Position numbers and translations under genes: made by a program. This document shows, in pieces, positions 19,319 to 28,892 of a stretch of DNA of 64,000 nt. Source of the stretch: an uncultured Gammaproteobacteria bacterium. Its GTDB lineage: Bacteria; Patescibacteriota; Patescibacteriia; Magasanikbacterales; GCA-002688135. The number at the start of each line of letters is the position of its first letter. Within the stretch, counting starts at the first letter, position 1. The notes under the pieces were generated by a model that worked only from the letters and a program-made list of their open reading frames with translations, did no database searches and had not been told where the DNA came from. The stretch covers positions 8,623 through 72,622 of the forward strand of contig CAZHVT010000006.1 in NCBI GenBank assembly GCA_964536205.1, read 5' to 3'.

Positions 19319-19588
19319 CTAAATCAGGATGATTAGTGCAAGCGCGATGAGGATAGCTGCGAGCATGGCGTAGGTGCCACGTCGATTCTCATGGAATTGA
19401 GTGATTGCTCCTTCCGGATTGGTGTCGTAGAGTCGATCGGTTTGAGCGAAGATTTTTTGCGCGTCGCTGTTTGACCAGTGGCGCTGCTTGAATTTCGCGG
19501 CTTCGATTGAATGTACACCGAATGTCTGGACGACATCGACGTACGTCATCACACGATCATGAGAAACAATTCGATTTTTCCGGTTCAT
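19319..19588 (-). CDS. Small tail-anchored orphan protein, paralog 3
   Basis: YVDVVQTFGVHSIEAAKF plus a C-terminal TM; SD AGAGG; TTGACA-N17-TATGTT upstream. Confidence 0.75.
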   Translation of the reverse strand: MNRKNRIVSHDRVMTYVDVVQTFGVHSIEAAKFKQRHWSNSDAQKIFAQTDRLYDTNPEGAITQFHENRRGTYAMLAAILIALALIILI

Positions 19589-19678
19589 TGTGTACCTCTT
19601 TTGTGAAAAATATCTGCCTTCAACATAGTCTATTTTTCATGATTTGTCAAGTATCTAAGGATGCTGTTTAATGGATAT

Positions 19679-20986
19679 ATGAATTTTGAGTCTGTAAAAA
19701 AGGTGCATTGTATAGGAATTGGTGGAATTGGCGTGTCAGCTATTGCACGCTATTTTTTGTCGTTGGGAGCAGTTGTTACGGGAACTGATGTTGCGGACTC
19801 TGATTTGATTGAGCAGTTGAAAAAAGAGGGGATTAATATTGTGATTGGACATTCATCTGATTATGTTCGGGATTCTGTGGATTTGGTTGTGTATTCTCCA
19901 GCTGTCCCAAAGGAAAATCCAGAACGTATTCAAGCTGCAAAACGAGACATTGTACAAATGAGCTATCCAGAAGTTTTGGGTGAGATTTCTAAAACGCGTC
20001 CGACAATTGCTGTTACAGGCATGCATGGAAAAAGTACGACGACCGCCATGTTGGGCGTTCTTTTTGAAACTGCTGGTTTGGATCCATTGGTAATTGTAGG
20101 TACGCAGGTTCCGCAATTTGAGAAGGAAAATATTCGTTTGTCACAGTCTGCTGATGCGCCATTTATTGTTGAGGCGTGTGAGTATCGTGGACATATGAAT
20201 TATTTGTCACCACAGATGGTGGTTATCACGAATATTGAGGAGGAGCATTTGGATTTTTATCGTGATATTCATCATATCATTGAGACGTTTCAGGAGTTTG
20301 TTGATCGTGTTCCTGCAGAGGGTACGATTGTGCGCTTGGAGCGAGATGCAATACTGCATCCATTAATGAGTGCAGCGGATGAATTGCAATGTGATCCTTC
20401 TGTTTTGGATATTGCGGGTGTCAGTGTTCCAGTTCCTGGTGAACACAATCGTGAGAATGCGGCTTTAGCTTATTGCGCTGCTCGGATGTGGGGAGTTAAG
20501 GATGATATGCTGAAGGCTGGGCTTGAGGCGTATTCTGGAATTTGGAGACGATTTGAAGTTGTCGGGTCTTATGATGATACAACAGTGATCTCAGATTATG
20601 GACATCATCCAACAGAAATTCGATCGACTTTGCAGGCAGCGCGCGATGCATATCCTGATAAGAAATTGTTGTTAGTTTTTCAGCCGCATCAATATGATCG
20701 TACGAAAAAATTGTTTGATGATTTCATTGATGAATTGCAAAAATGGGATGGGGTGGTAGTGGTTGATGTGTATGATGTTGCGGGACGAGAGGAATTGAAA
20801 AGTGTTGGTTCGCCGAACATTGTTGCAGCCTTGCAAGACTTGACTCGGGTGTGGTTTGGAGGATCTGTAGAAGATTCTCAATCTGTTGTTGAAAGATTGG
20901 CGTCGGATTTTGATGTTGTTGTGGTTATGGGGGCGGGGACTGTTGATGGAGTGGCGCGACGTATGACAAATAAAAAAAGCCCGTAG
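19679..20986 (+). CDS. murC: UDP-MurNAc--L-alanine ligase
   Basis: GIGGIGVS, GMHGKSTTT, EACEY, DYGHHPTEI, FQPH. Confidence 0.95.
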   Translation: MNFESVKKVHCIGIGGIGVSAIARYFLSLGAVVTGTDVADSDLIEQLKKEGINIVIGHSSDYVRDSVDLVVYSPAVPKENPERIQAAKRDIVQMSYPEVLGEISKTRPTIAVTGMHGKSTTTAMLGVLFETAGLDPLVIVGTQVPQFEKENIRLSQSADAPFIVEACEYRGHMNYLSPQMVVITNIEEEHLDFYRDIHHIIETFQEFVDRVPAEGTIVRLERDAILHPLMSAADELQCDPSVLDIAGVSVPVPGEHNRENAALAYCAARMWGVKDDMLKAGLEAYSGIWRRFEVVGSYDDTTVISDYGHHPTEIRSTLQAARDAYPDKKLLLVFQPHQYDRTKKLFDDFIDELQKWDGVVVVDVYDVAGREELKSVGSPNIVAALQDLTRVWFGGSVEDSQSVVERLASDFDVVVVMGAGTVDGVARRMTNKKSP

Positions 20987-20989
20987 GCT

Positions 20990-21130
20990 TTATTCGTCGT
21001 AGTAATCTTCATCAGGTTCATATGCATCCGAAACAGGTTTGTTGCCTATGAGTAGCATTATGAGAGCTGCGAGAAGAGGCAGAAATGTGAGGAAGAGAAT
21101 TACCTCTATAGGTTCAATCATCAACAGCAT
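20990..21130 (-). CDS. 46-aa single-TM microprotein with an acidic tail
   Basis: MLLMIEPIEVILFLTFLPLLAALIMLLIGNKPVSDAYEPDEDYYDE; GGAGA SD; 2 bp after the upstream gene. Below the ORF-track cutoff. Confidence 0.6.
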   Translation of the reverse strand: MLLMIEPIEVILFLTFLPLLAALIMLLIGNKPVSDAYEPDEDYYDE

Positions 21131-21132
21131 AC

Positions 21133-21360
21133 TTATCTCCGTTGCCTTCGGTACTCTGGCCCTTCTATGATTTTTGCTGGTTCACAGTATTTGCTGAACG
21201 TGCCTCCAGCCATTGGGTCGTCGTTTCCATATTCACGTTCGATGCAGTCGTGGGAAGGAGCGTAGATCCAGATACAAGTGAATATCGCGATAATAATTAC
21301 ACATATTGATGTGATGATCGCCCATTCTTTTCTGGTCATCTTTGGTTCGCTTGATGTCAT
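21133..21360 (-). CDS. Small single-TM orphan protein
   Basis: GGAGG SD before ATG 21360; a TM segment followed by a Cys pair; TTGACA-N17-TAACGT promoter. Confidence 0.7.
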   Translation of the reverse strand: MTSSEPKMTRKEWAIITSICVIIIAIFTCIWIYAPSHDCIEREYGNDDPMAGGTFSKYCEPAKIIEGPEYRRQRR

Positions 21361-21415
21361 GATTTGCCTCCTGTTGGTTATCACGTTAGACTAATTTTCA
21401 TGTATTGTCAATGAT

Positions 21416-22384
21416 ATGACAGAATTTGTAACACAATTAAAAACGCAACAAATAGCGGTTAAGCGTGATGTACCACTTTCTTCGTTTACCTCGTTTCACA
21501 TTGGTGGGCCGGCGAAATATTTTGCTGTTGTTGAGGATGAAAAGAATTTGGTTTTGTTGTTGAAATTGGCACGTGAACATGAGATTCCTGTTTTTATTAT
21601 GGGAGGTGGTTCTAACGTGTTGGTAGCAGATGAGGGGTTTGATGGTTTGGTAGTTCATTGTCAGTTACATCAGATTAAATTTGATGATTGTGTCGTGCAT
21701 GTTGATTCTGGAGTCATGACTGCTCAACTTGCTGGCAAAACTGTAGTACAGGGTTTAGCTGGATTGGAGTGGTCTGTAGGGATTCCTGGAAGAATTGGCG
21801 GGGCGATTCGTGGGAATGCAGGGGCTATGGGGGGAGAGTTTCGTGATGTCATTACGTCTGTTAGATACATTGATGATCATGGAGATATTCATGAGCGATC
21901 AAATGAAGCATGTGAGTTTGGATATCGTGAGAGTATTTTTAAGAAAACAAAAGATATTATTTTGGGATGTACTATACAACTTTCTCGCGGCGATAAAAAT
22001 GAATCGCAAAAAAAGATGAGAGATTATTTGTCTCATCGTAATACAACACAGCCGAAAGGATTTGGCAGTTCGGGTTGTATGTTTAAAAATTATGAGTGTG
22101 GAGATGATGAAGAAATTGAGAGATTGCGCGGTTTGGGTGTTCCTGATGGCATGCTTGAATCAAAACGGATTTCAGCAGGATGGTTAGTTGAGCATGCCGG
22201 CGCGAAGGGTGTGAAAGTTGGAGGTGCAGAAGTTTCTGATGTGCATGGAAACTTTGTGGTGAATGCTGGTGATGCAACAGCAGAGAATGTTCGAGATGTT
22301 GTCAATCAAGTTAAACAAAAAGTTAAGGATGTATTTGGACTTGATCTACATGAAGAGGTTCAGTATATTGGATTTGAGGCTTGA
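21416..22384 (+). CDS. murB: UDP-N-acetylenolpyruvoylglucosamine reductase
   Basis: IGGPA, GGGSNVL, GIPGRIGGAIRGNAGA, FGYRES, HGNF. Confidence 0.95.
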   Translation: MTEFVTQLKTQQIAVKRDVPLSSFTSFHIGGPAKYFAVVEDEKNLVLLLKLAREHEIPVFIMGGGSNVLVADEGFDGLVVHCQLHQIKFDDCVVHVDSGVMTAQLAGKTVVQGLAGLEWSVGIPGRIGGAIRGNAGAMGGEFRDVITSVRYIDDHGDIHERSNEACEFGYRESIFKKTKDIILGCTIQLSRGDKNESQKKMRDYLSHRNTTQPKGFGSSGCMFKNYECGDDEEIERLRGLGVPDGMLESKRISAGWLVEHAGAKGVKVGGAEVSDVHGNFVVNAGDATAENVRDVVNQVKQKVKDVFGLDLHEEVQYIGFEA

Positions 22385-22562
22385 TACACAATAGAGCTTT
22401 TGACAAAATTTCCACATTGAGACTCAATTTTCCAAAAAGTTTTTTGACTTAGCTATTGCTAGGCCTGCAAAATTTTTTGAATAATTGATCATTCAATCTG
22501 AAAATTTGTGTCTAAAAGTCTATTGTGTACCAAACCTCCGGATTAGTAATTAACGTAAACGT

Positions 22563-22895
22563 ATGCGAACCGAGATTAAGGCAACTAACATTGAGTTAAC
22601 CGATGCGATAAAAGAGCGAGTTCAGCTAAAGGCAAACATGTTGGATCGATTTATGAATGTTCCGCATGCGCCAACAAATCCGATTGCGTTTGTAGAAGTT
22701 GAAAAATTGACTGGTTCGCATCATAAAAAGGGTGATGTGTTTCGATGTGAATGGATGTTTGATTTAGGATCGAAGTTATTACGCGTAGAAAAAACCAGTG
22801 CTGATTTGTACAAATCAATTGAAAAGGTGAAGGATGAGATGGAGCGGCAACTTATTAGATTAAAGGAAAAGAATCTTTCAAAAAGACGTGCATAG
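22563..22895 (+). CDS. raiA: Ribosome hibernation factor (short HPF/RaiA)
   Basis: IKATNIELTDAIKE...DLYKSIEKVKDEMERQL; upstream of secA. Confidence 0.85.
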   Translation: MRTEIKATNIELTDAIKERVQLKANMLDRFMNVPHAPTNPIAFVEVEKLTGSHHKKGDVFRCEWMFDLGSKLLRVEKTSADLYKSIEKVKDEMERQLIRLKEKNLSKRRA

Positions 22896-22959
22896 ATATA
22901 GTAATAGCAATTTCAGTTGAGGTATTGACAAGCTCCTGCGTGTGTGCTATACAGACAGT

Positions 22960-23078
22960 AGCACCCCGCACTTACTTTGTGAGTAGTTAGGCTTCTGTGC
23001 ATCTCGAGGTGGAGAACAGAGGTGTGATGTGGTGTCGACGCACCTCGATTAGCCCGTAGCTTTGAGCTGCGGGTTTTT
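22960..23078 (+). ncRNA. Candidate ~120-nt structured small RNA
   Basis: TTGACA(22925)-N17-TATACA(22948) with extended TG, several stems and an intrinsic terminator at 23051-23078; no plausible ORF. Confidence 0.55.
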
Positions 23079-23159
23079 CATTCTCGACATTTTTAGTAGT
23101 TCATGCTATATTAATGTTTCTATTATGAAGTGGATATCGGGTCGAGCCCGGCATGACAT

Positions 23160-25880
23160 ATGAAAAAATTATTGAAATTTGTATTTGGTGATCCGATTGC
23201 CAAAGAGATGGGGAAGTTGCAATCGGAGATTCTTGAGGTTAATAAACTTGAGGAGGATTTTAAGAAATTATCAGATGAAGAACTTCGTGCGAAAACGGAG
23301 GAGTTTAAGAAGCGAATCGTGGCTGGTGAGAAAATAGATGATATGCTTTACGAGACGTTTGCAACAGTTCGGGAATCTGCGGTTCGTGTGTTGGGACAGC
23401 GTCATTATGATGTGCAGTTGATTGGGGGGCTTGTGTTGCATCGTCGTGGGATTGCAGAAATGAGAACTGGTGAGGGTAAAACGCTGACATCTACTTTGGC
23501 GACATATACTTCTGCTCTTGAAGGCAAAGGTGTGCATTTGGTGACGCCGAATGATTATTTGGCGAAACGTGATGCGGTTTGGATGGGGGAATTGTTGGCT
23601 GCGCTTGGTTTGTCTGTTGGGGTTGTGCAGGCTCAGCAGGAATCTTTTATTTATGATGCATCTTACATTCCAGAAACTCCGGAAGAGGCTGAAGACCATG
23701 ATGAAACCGCATCGTTTAAAGTTGAGATGGAATATTTGCGTCCATGTAACCGAAAGGAAGCGTATGGTGCGGATGTGACGTATGGAACGAATAATGAATT
23801 TGGTTTCGATTTTTTAAGAGATAACATGGTGATGGATCGTGATTCTATGGTGCAGCGTCCGCTCTATCATGCAATTATTGATGAGATTGATTCTATTTTG
23901 GTTGATGAGGCTCGAACGCCGTTGATTATTTCTGCTCCTGCGCAGGAGGGGACGGATCAGTATTATCGCTATGCGCAATTGGTTCGTGGTCTGCATATTG
24001 AGGAACATTATACGGTTGATGAAAAGGCGCGAAGTGCATTGCTTACGAGTGAGGGGATTGAGGCGATTGAAAAAGCGATGGGAGTTGGAAATCTCTATAC
24101 CGAAGCTGGGATGAAAGTTGTACATCATTTGGAAAACGCTTTGAAAGCAGAAGCAATTTTTAAGAAAGATAAAGATTATGTCGTGCAAGGTGAGGAGATT
24201 GTGATTGTTGATGAATTTACTGGTCGTATGATGTATGGACGTCGATATTCTGAAGGATTGCATCAAGCGATTGAAGCGAAAGAAAATGTGGCTATTCAAC
24301 GTGAGTCTGAGACACTCGCAACTATTACATTTCAAAATTATTTCCGTATGTATGAAAAGTTGTCAGGGATGACGGGTACGGCGGAAACTGAAGCAGAGGA
24401 GTTTGGGAAGATTTATGGATTGGAAGTGTTTTCAATTCCCACAAATAAACCTATTGCACGAAAGGATTTGCAGGATCGTATTTATGCGAGTGAGCGTGGG
24501 AAGTTTCAGGCGGTTATTCGTGAGATTAAGGAGCGTGCTGGGGCTGGTCAGCCGATTTTGGTTGGTACGGCTTCTATTGAGAAGAATGAATTATTTTCGG
24601 AATTATTGGATAAGGCTGGAGTTGAGCATCAAATGTTGAATGCGAAGAATCATGAGCGTGAGGCGCAAGTTGTTGCACAGGCCGGAAAACCTGGCGCGGT
24701 TACAGTTGCAACGAATATGGCTGGGCGTGGTGTTGATATTGTTCTTGGTGGGAATCCTCCGACAGAAGAAGATGCGAAAATTGTGAAGGATGCTGGAGGT
24801 TTGGCGGTGATTGCAACAGAGCGACATGATTCTCGACGTATCGATAATCAGTTGCGTGGACGTTCTGGGCGACAGGGTGACCCGGGGATGAGTCAGTTTT
24901 ATATTTCTGTTGAAGATGATTTGATGCGAATTTTTGGAAGTGATCGGATGAAGAACATCATGCAGAAATTGAATTTTCCTGAAGACATGCCAGTTGAAAA
25001 TGGTATTGTTTCAAAATCTTTGGAAACAGCGCAGCATAAAGTTGAGTCTCATAATTATGATATTCGAAAACATTTGTTGGAGTATGACGATGTTTTGAAT
25101 CGTCATCGAACTTCCGTGTATGCTCGACGTCGACAAGTTTTGACTTTGGCTGATTCTGAAGACCCGAAAGATTGGGAAGAATTGCATCAGCTGGCTATTC
25201 TCACCATTCATACAGAATTCAAAAATATTGTTTCGAACTATTTAGATCGCGAGGATGGCACGTGGGATGTAGATGGATTGGTAGATTCGCTTCGTTTGGT
25301 GATGCCATTGCCAGATAATTTGAAGGATCAGATTGTTGCGCATGCGACAGACAAAGAAGAACCAGAAGCTCGTATTGCTGCGCAGCAGGCTGTTTTGGAT
25401 ATGTTGAGTGGAATGGCTGATGAGCAATATGAGTTTTTGCGTAATAAGATTGGTGAGCCAGAGGAAATTGCAAAAATTGAAAAGAATGCGATGTTGCGAG
25501 CGATTGATTCTTTGTGGGTTGAACATTTAGTGGCAGTTCGGTATTTACGAAATTCGATTGGTTTGCAGGGATATGGTCAGCGCGATCCTTTGATTGAATA
25601 TAAGAAAATCGCGTTTAACATGTATCATGATTTGATGGCGGCGATTGATAATGAGATTACGACTACTTTATTTAGAATTGGACATGCTTCTGTTGAAGCG
25701 AAATCTTTGATGGATCGTGTTGGGGTTACGATGGCTGGAGCTGCGAAAATAATGGGAGCAAAGCATGCAACACAATCTCAACAAGGAACTCCGGGGAAGA
25801 CGGTCGAAAAAGTTGGCCGTAATGAACCATGTAGCTGTGGTTCTGGTAAGAAGTACAAGAAGTGCCACGGAAGCAATTAA
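23160..25880 (+). CDS. secA: Preprotein translocase ATPase
   Basis: MRTGEGKT, DEIDSIL, QLRGRSGRQGDPG and a SEC-C motif GRNEPCSCGSGKKYKKCH. Confidence 0.98.
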   Translation: MKKLLKFVFGDPIAKEMGKLQSEILEVNKLEEDFKKLSDEELRAKTEEFKKRIVAGEKIDDMLYETFATVRESAVRVLGQRHYDVQLIGGLVLHRRGIAEMRTGEGKTLTSTLATYTSALEGKGVHLVTPNDYLAKRDAVWMGELLAALGLSVGVVQAQQESFIYDASYIPETPEEAEDHDETASFKVEMEYLRPCNRKEAYGADVTYGTNNEFGFDFLRDNMVMDRDSMVQRPLYHAIIDEIDSILVDEARTPLIISAPAQEGTDQYYRYAQLVRGLHIEEHYTVDEKARSALLTSEGIEAIEKAMGVGNLYTEAGMKVVHHLENALKAEAIFKKDKDYVVQGEEIVIVDEFTGRMMYGRRYSEGLHQAIEAKENVAIQRESETLATITFQNYFRMYEKLSGMTGTAETEAEEFGKIYGLEVFSIPTNKPIARKDLQDRIYASERGKFQAVIREIKERAGAGQPILVGTASIEKNELFSELLDKAGVEHQMLNAKNHEREAQVVAQAGKPGAVTVATNMAGRGVDIVLGGNPPTEEDAKIVKDAGGLAVIATERHDSRRIDNQLRGRSGRQGDPGMSQFYISVEDDLMRIFGSDRMKNIMQKLNFPEDMPVENGIVSKSLETAQHKVESHNYDIRKHLLEYDDVLNRHRTSVYARRRQVLTLADSEDPKDWEELHQLAILTIHTEFKNIVSNYLDREDGTWDVDGLVDSLRLVMPLPDNLKDQIVAHATDKEEPEARIAAQQAVLDMLSGMADEQYEFLRNKIGEPEEIAKIEKNAMLRAIDSLWVEHLVAVRYLRNSIGLQGYGQRDPLIEYKKIAFNMYHDLMAAIDNEITTTLFRIGHASVEAKSLMDRVGVTMAGAAKIMGAKHATQSQQGTPGKTVEKVGRNEPCSCGSGKKYKKCHGSN

Positions 25881-25910
25881 AAAAGCACTACGTTGTAGTG
25901 CTTTGTGATT

Positions 25911-26648
25911 CTAATCTTGCTGTTCTGTTGCGATCGGCGTATAGCCACGCTCGATTGCGGTTTCGGTAATGAGTTCTCTTGCGAAATCGAGTAAATCGTA
26001 TGAAAATAGGCGAACAGCGGGAGTGGAGTTTTTGACTCCGAGATATCCCATGGTTGCAACGCCGCGCATGCCCAATCCCATTGAACATGCTTCGATAACT
26101 TGTTGTCCGAGCTTAAGACCTAGTCTCATGATAATGTCTTGGCAATCGGCAAGTTTTTCTGGGTAGTCTTCTTTTTCCAACACCACCGTGCCAAGATCGT
26201 GAGCCATCTTAATGACAGCTATGCGATCATTTGTGAATGCGATACATTCATTGAGTTGTGCTGTGAGTCGCAATAGGAATGTTTTTGCCTGCTCATACCG
26301 TGCGTCCCAGATTGGATTATCAAGACTCTCTAGTTGTGAGTGTAGTTGTTTCATCAACGCTTTGTACGATTCGAGCTCATCAGGAGCTGGAAATTCGTTG
26401 ATCTTTACCTGCCACTTCGGAATTTTGATCCACGGATCTGGCGTCACATCATCGGGATGTGTATTGAGGAAATGGAGAATCATCCAGCGAGCAATTTGCA
26501 GTTGATCGTTGAGAAAGCTTTCTTCAGATACTTCAGTGAGGCCCGATGTTCTTTGTGGTCCTGATTGTAAAAAGACGAGTCCGAGTTGTGTGTTGCGAGC
26601 GATGTTCGCCACGTGCGTGCTCACAAACGGCTGTGGTTGTAGTTCCAT
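25911..26648 (-). CDS. Hypothetical helical protein (orphan cassette)
   Basis: 245 aa; SD AGAGG; bidirectional terminator at ~25882-25904. Confidence 0.75.
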   Translation of the reverse strand: MELQPQPFVSTHVANIARNTQLGLVFLQSGPQRTSGLTEVSEESFLNDQLQIARWMILHFLNTHPDDVTPDPWIKIPKWQVKINEFPAPDELESYKALMKQLHSQLESLDNPIWDARYEQAKTFLLRLTAQLNECIAFTNDRIAVIKMAHDLGTVVLEKEDYPEKLADCQDIIMRLGLKLGQQVIEACSMGLGMRGVATMGYLGVKNSTPAVRLFSYDLLDFARELITETAIERGYTPIATEQQD

Positions 26649-26803
26649 GCTTTCCTCTTTTTAATGAACGTTGTGCGAAGATATCTGTATGATACATTGC
26701 GGGGCTTTTTTAACAAAATTTTGTAGATATGTCAAGTATTTTGGATCCTCCTATTATCCACTTTGACCTGAAATGATTGGCGTAGTATAATCCAGCCGAA
26801 TTT

Positions 26804-28891
26804 ATGGATAACCCGAAATGGCAGAAAAATCCCGTAAAAACAGTGAGCCGCTCAACCGTGCGTTGGGTGGTGTTTGGTATAGTGCTCTTGTTGGGCGCTT
26901 CTTTTATTTTTGATTTTCCAGGAGTTTATAATAAGGGAGTCAGTCATATTGAAGAGCGATATGGATTTTCATTTCCGAAAGTAGAGAAGGAAAGTCCGTA
27001 TGTGTTGGGATTGGATTTGAGAGGCGGTGCGCATTTGGTGTATGAGGCTGATGTGACAGGAATTGCAGAAATTGAACAACGAAGTGCTGTTGATGGAGTT
27101 CGTGATGTGATTGAACGTCGCGTCAATTCGTTGGGAGTTGCGGAGCCTGTGCTGCAAACGAATAAATCTGGAGAGCGATGGCGTGTGATTGTTGAGTTGG
27201 CAGGCGTGAAGGATGTACGAGAGGCGATTGATGCGATTGGAGAAACGCCGGTTTTGGAATTTAAGGAGTTGTCAGACGAACCACCACGTGATCTTACGCA
27301 GGAGGAATTGGATAAGTTGGTTGAGGTGAATGCGCAGGAATTAGAGCGTGCAAAAGATTTGTTGAAAAAAATTACAGTTGAGGGAGAGGAATTTGAAAAT
27401 ATTGCTAATGCAAATTCACAGGATATTCGATCTCGCGATAATGGTGGGTTAGTTGGATTTGTTCGTGAAGAGGGGATTTATGCTCCGTTGGTCGCGGCAA
27501 CAAAATCTCATCCGGTAAAATCAGTGTATCCGAAACTTGTTGAAAATGAAGAGGGTCACAATATTGTTCGTATCAATAGTGTTGATCGTGAGGGTGAGGA
27601 ATATGGAGTTGGACATATTTTGATTTGTCATGAAAAATCTCCGCAAGGATGTCCGGAAGCGCGTGGTCAATTGGATGCTCGTGCAAAAGCTGACGGAATT
27701 TATGCGAATATTTTGGATCGAAAGTTGCGGATGAATCAGGAGCAGATTAAGAAATTAGCAGTGGAGTTTTCTGAAGAGCCGGGAGTTGATGCGCGTGAGG
27801 GAGATTTTGGTTTTGTATCGATCGGCCAGTTGCCGCAAGCGTTAGAAGATTATGTTGTTGGTGCGCCGATTAATGAATTATCTGCACCGATTGAAACGGA
27901 GTTTGGTTTTCATTTGGTAGTTAAGTATGATCAGCGTCAATTAGAATTGTATAATCTATCTCGCATTTTAATTTCTAAGACGAGTGAAACAGATGTCTTG
28001 CCACAAAATGATCGATGGGCTTCAACAGGATTATCAGGGAAGCAATTAGAGCGTGCGAATTTGCAGTTTGAGCAGAATGGAGCGGCGATTGTTGGTATCC
28101 AATTTAATGACGAAGGACGTAAGTTGTTTGGTGAATTAACTACAAAGCATGTAGGAAGTTTGATTGCGATTTTCTTGGATGGTCAACCTATTAGCACACC
28201 TGTTGTGAATCAGCCGATTTTGGGTGGTAGTGCGGTGATTCAAGGAAATTTTACCATTGAATCTGCAAAAACTTTGGCGCAACGATTAAACGCTGGTGCG
28301 CTTCCTGTTCCTATTGAATTAGTCAGTCAGTCTACTGTTGGAGCTTCGCTTGGAGCGGATACTCTTGAAAAGAGTGTTCAGGCTGGATTGATTGGTTTGT
28401 TGCTTGTTATTATTTTCATGATCGCATTTTACAGATTGCCTGGCTTGGTTTCGTCGATTTCTTTGATCTTGTATTTGTTATTGGTTCTCGCGGTTTTCAA
28501 AATTGTACCTGTTACGCTTACGGCCGCTTCGATTGCTGGTTTGGTGCTCTCTTTGGGAATGGCGATTGATGCGAATATTCTGATTTTTGAGAGAATGAAA
28601 GAGGAGTTGCAAGATGGAAAATCATTGTCTCAATCTCTTGAGATAGGCTTTAATCGTGCGTGGTTTGCGATTCGTGCATCAAATATGTCTAGTGCAATTA
28701 CTGCTGTCATTTTGATTTATCTTTCAACGAGTATTGTGAAGGGATTTGCTGTGACATTGTTGATTGGTATTGCGATGAGTGTGTTCACGGCTGTGACAAT
28801 TACGCGGTACCTCATGCGATTTGTAATTGGATTCACAAAAGCACGACCAATTTGGTATTTGGGCGCAAGCTCTAAACGAGATGACACATAA
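26804..28891 (+). CDS. secD: SecD with inserted parvulin-type PPIase domains
   Basis: LGLDLRGG, RRVNSLGVAEP, AGALPVP, DANILIFERMKEE; the insert carries SQD..SRDNGG, HILI, GDFGF and PIETEFGFHLV. Confidence 0.93.
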   Translation: MDNPKWQKNPVKTVSRSTVRWVVFGIVLLLGASFIFDFPGVYNKGVSHIEERYGFSFPKVEKESPYVLGLDLRGGAHLVYEADVTGIAEIEQRSAVDGVRDVIERRVNSLGVAEPVLQTNKSGERWRVIVELAGVKDVREAIDAIGETPVLEFKELSDEPPRDLTQEELDKLVEVNAQELERAKDLLKKITVEGEEFENIANANSQDIRSRDNGGLVGFVREEGIYAPLVAATKSHPVKSVYPKLVENEEGHNIVRINSVDREGEEYGVGHILICHEKSPQGCPEARGQLDARAKADGIYANILDRKLRMNQEQIKKLAVEFSEEPGVDAREGDFGFVSIGQLPQALEDYVVGAPINELSAPIETEFGFHLVVKYDQRQLELYNLSRILISKTSETDVLPQNDRWASTGLSGKQLERANLQFEQNGAAIVGIQFNDEGRKLFGELTTKHVGSLIAIFLDGQPISTPVVNQPILGGSAVIQGNFTIESAKTLAQRLNAGALPVPIELVSQSTVGASLGADTLEKSVQAGLIGLLLVIIFMIAFYRLPGLVSSISLILYLLLVLAVFKIVPVTLTAASIAGLVLSLGMAIDANILIFERMKEELQDGKSLSQSLEIGFNRAWFAIRASNMSSAITAVILIYLSTSIVKGFAVTLLIGIAMSVFTAVTITRYLMRFVIGFTKARPIWYLGASSKRDDT

Positions 28892-28892
28892 T

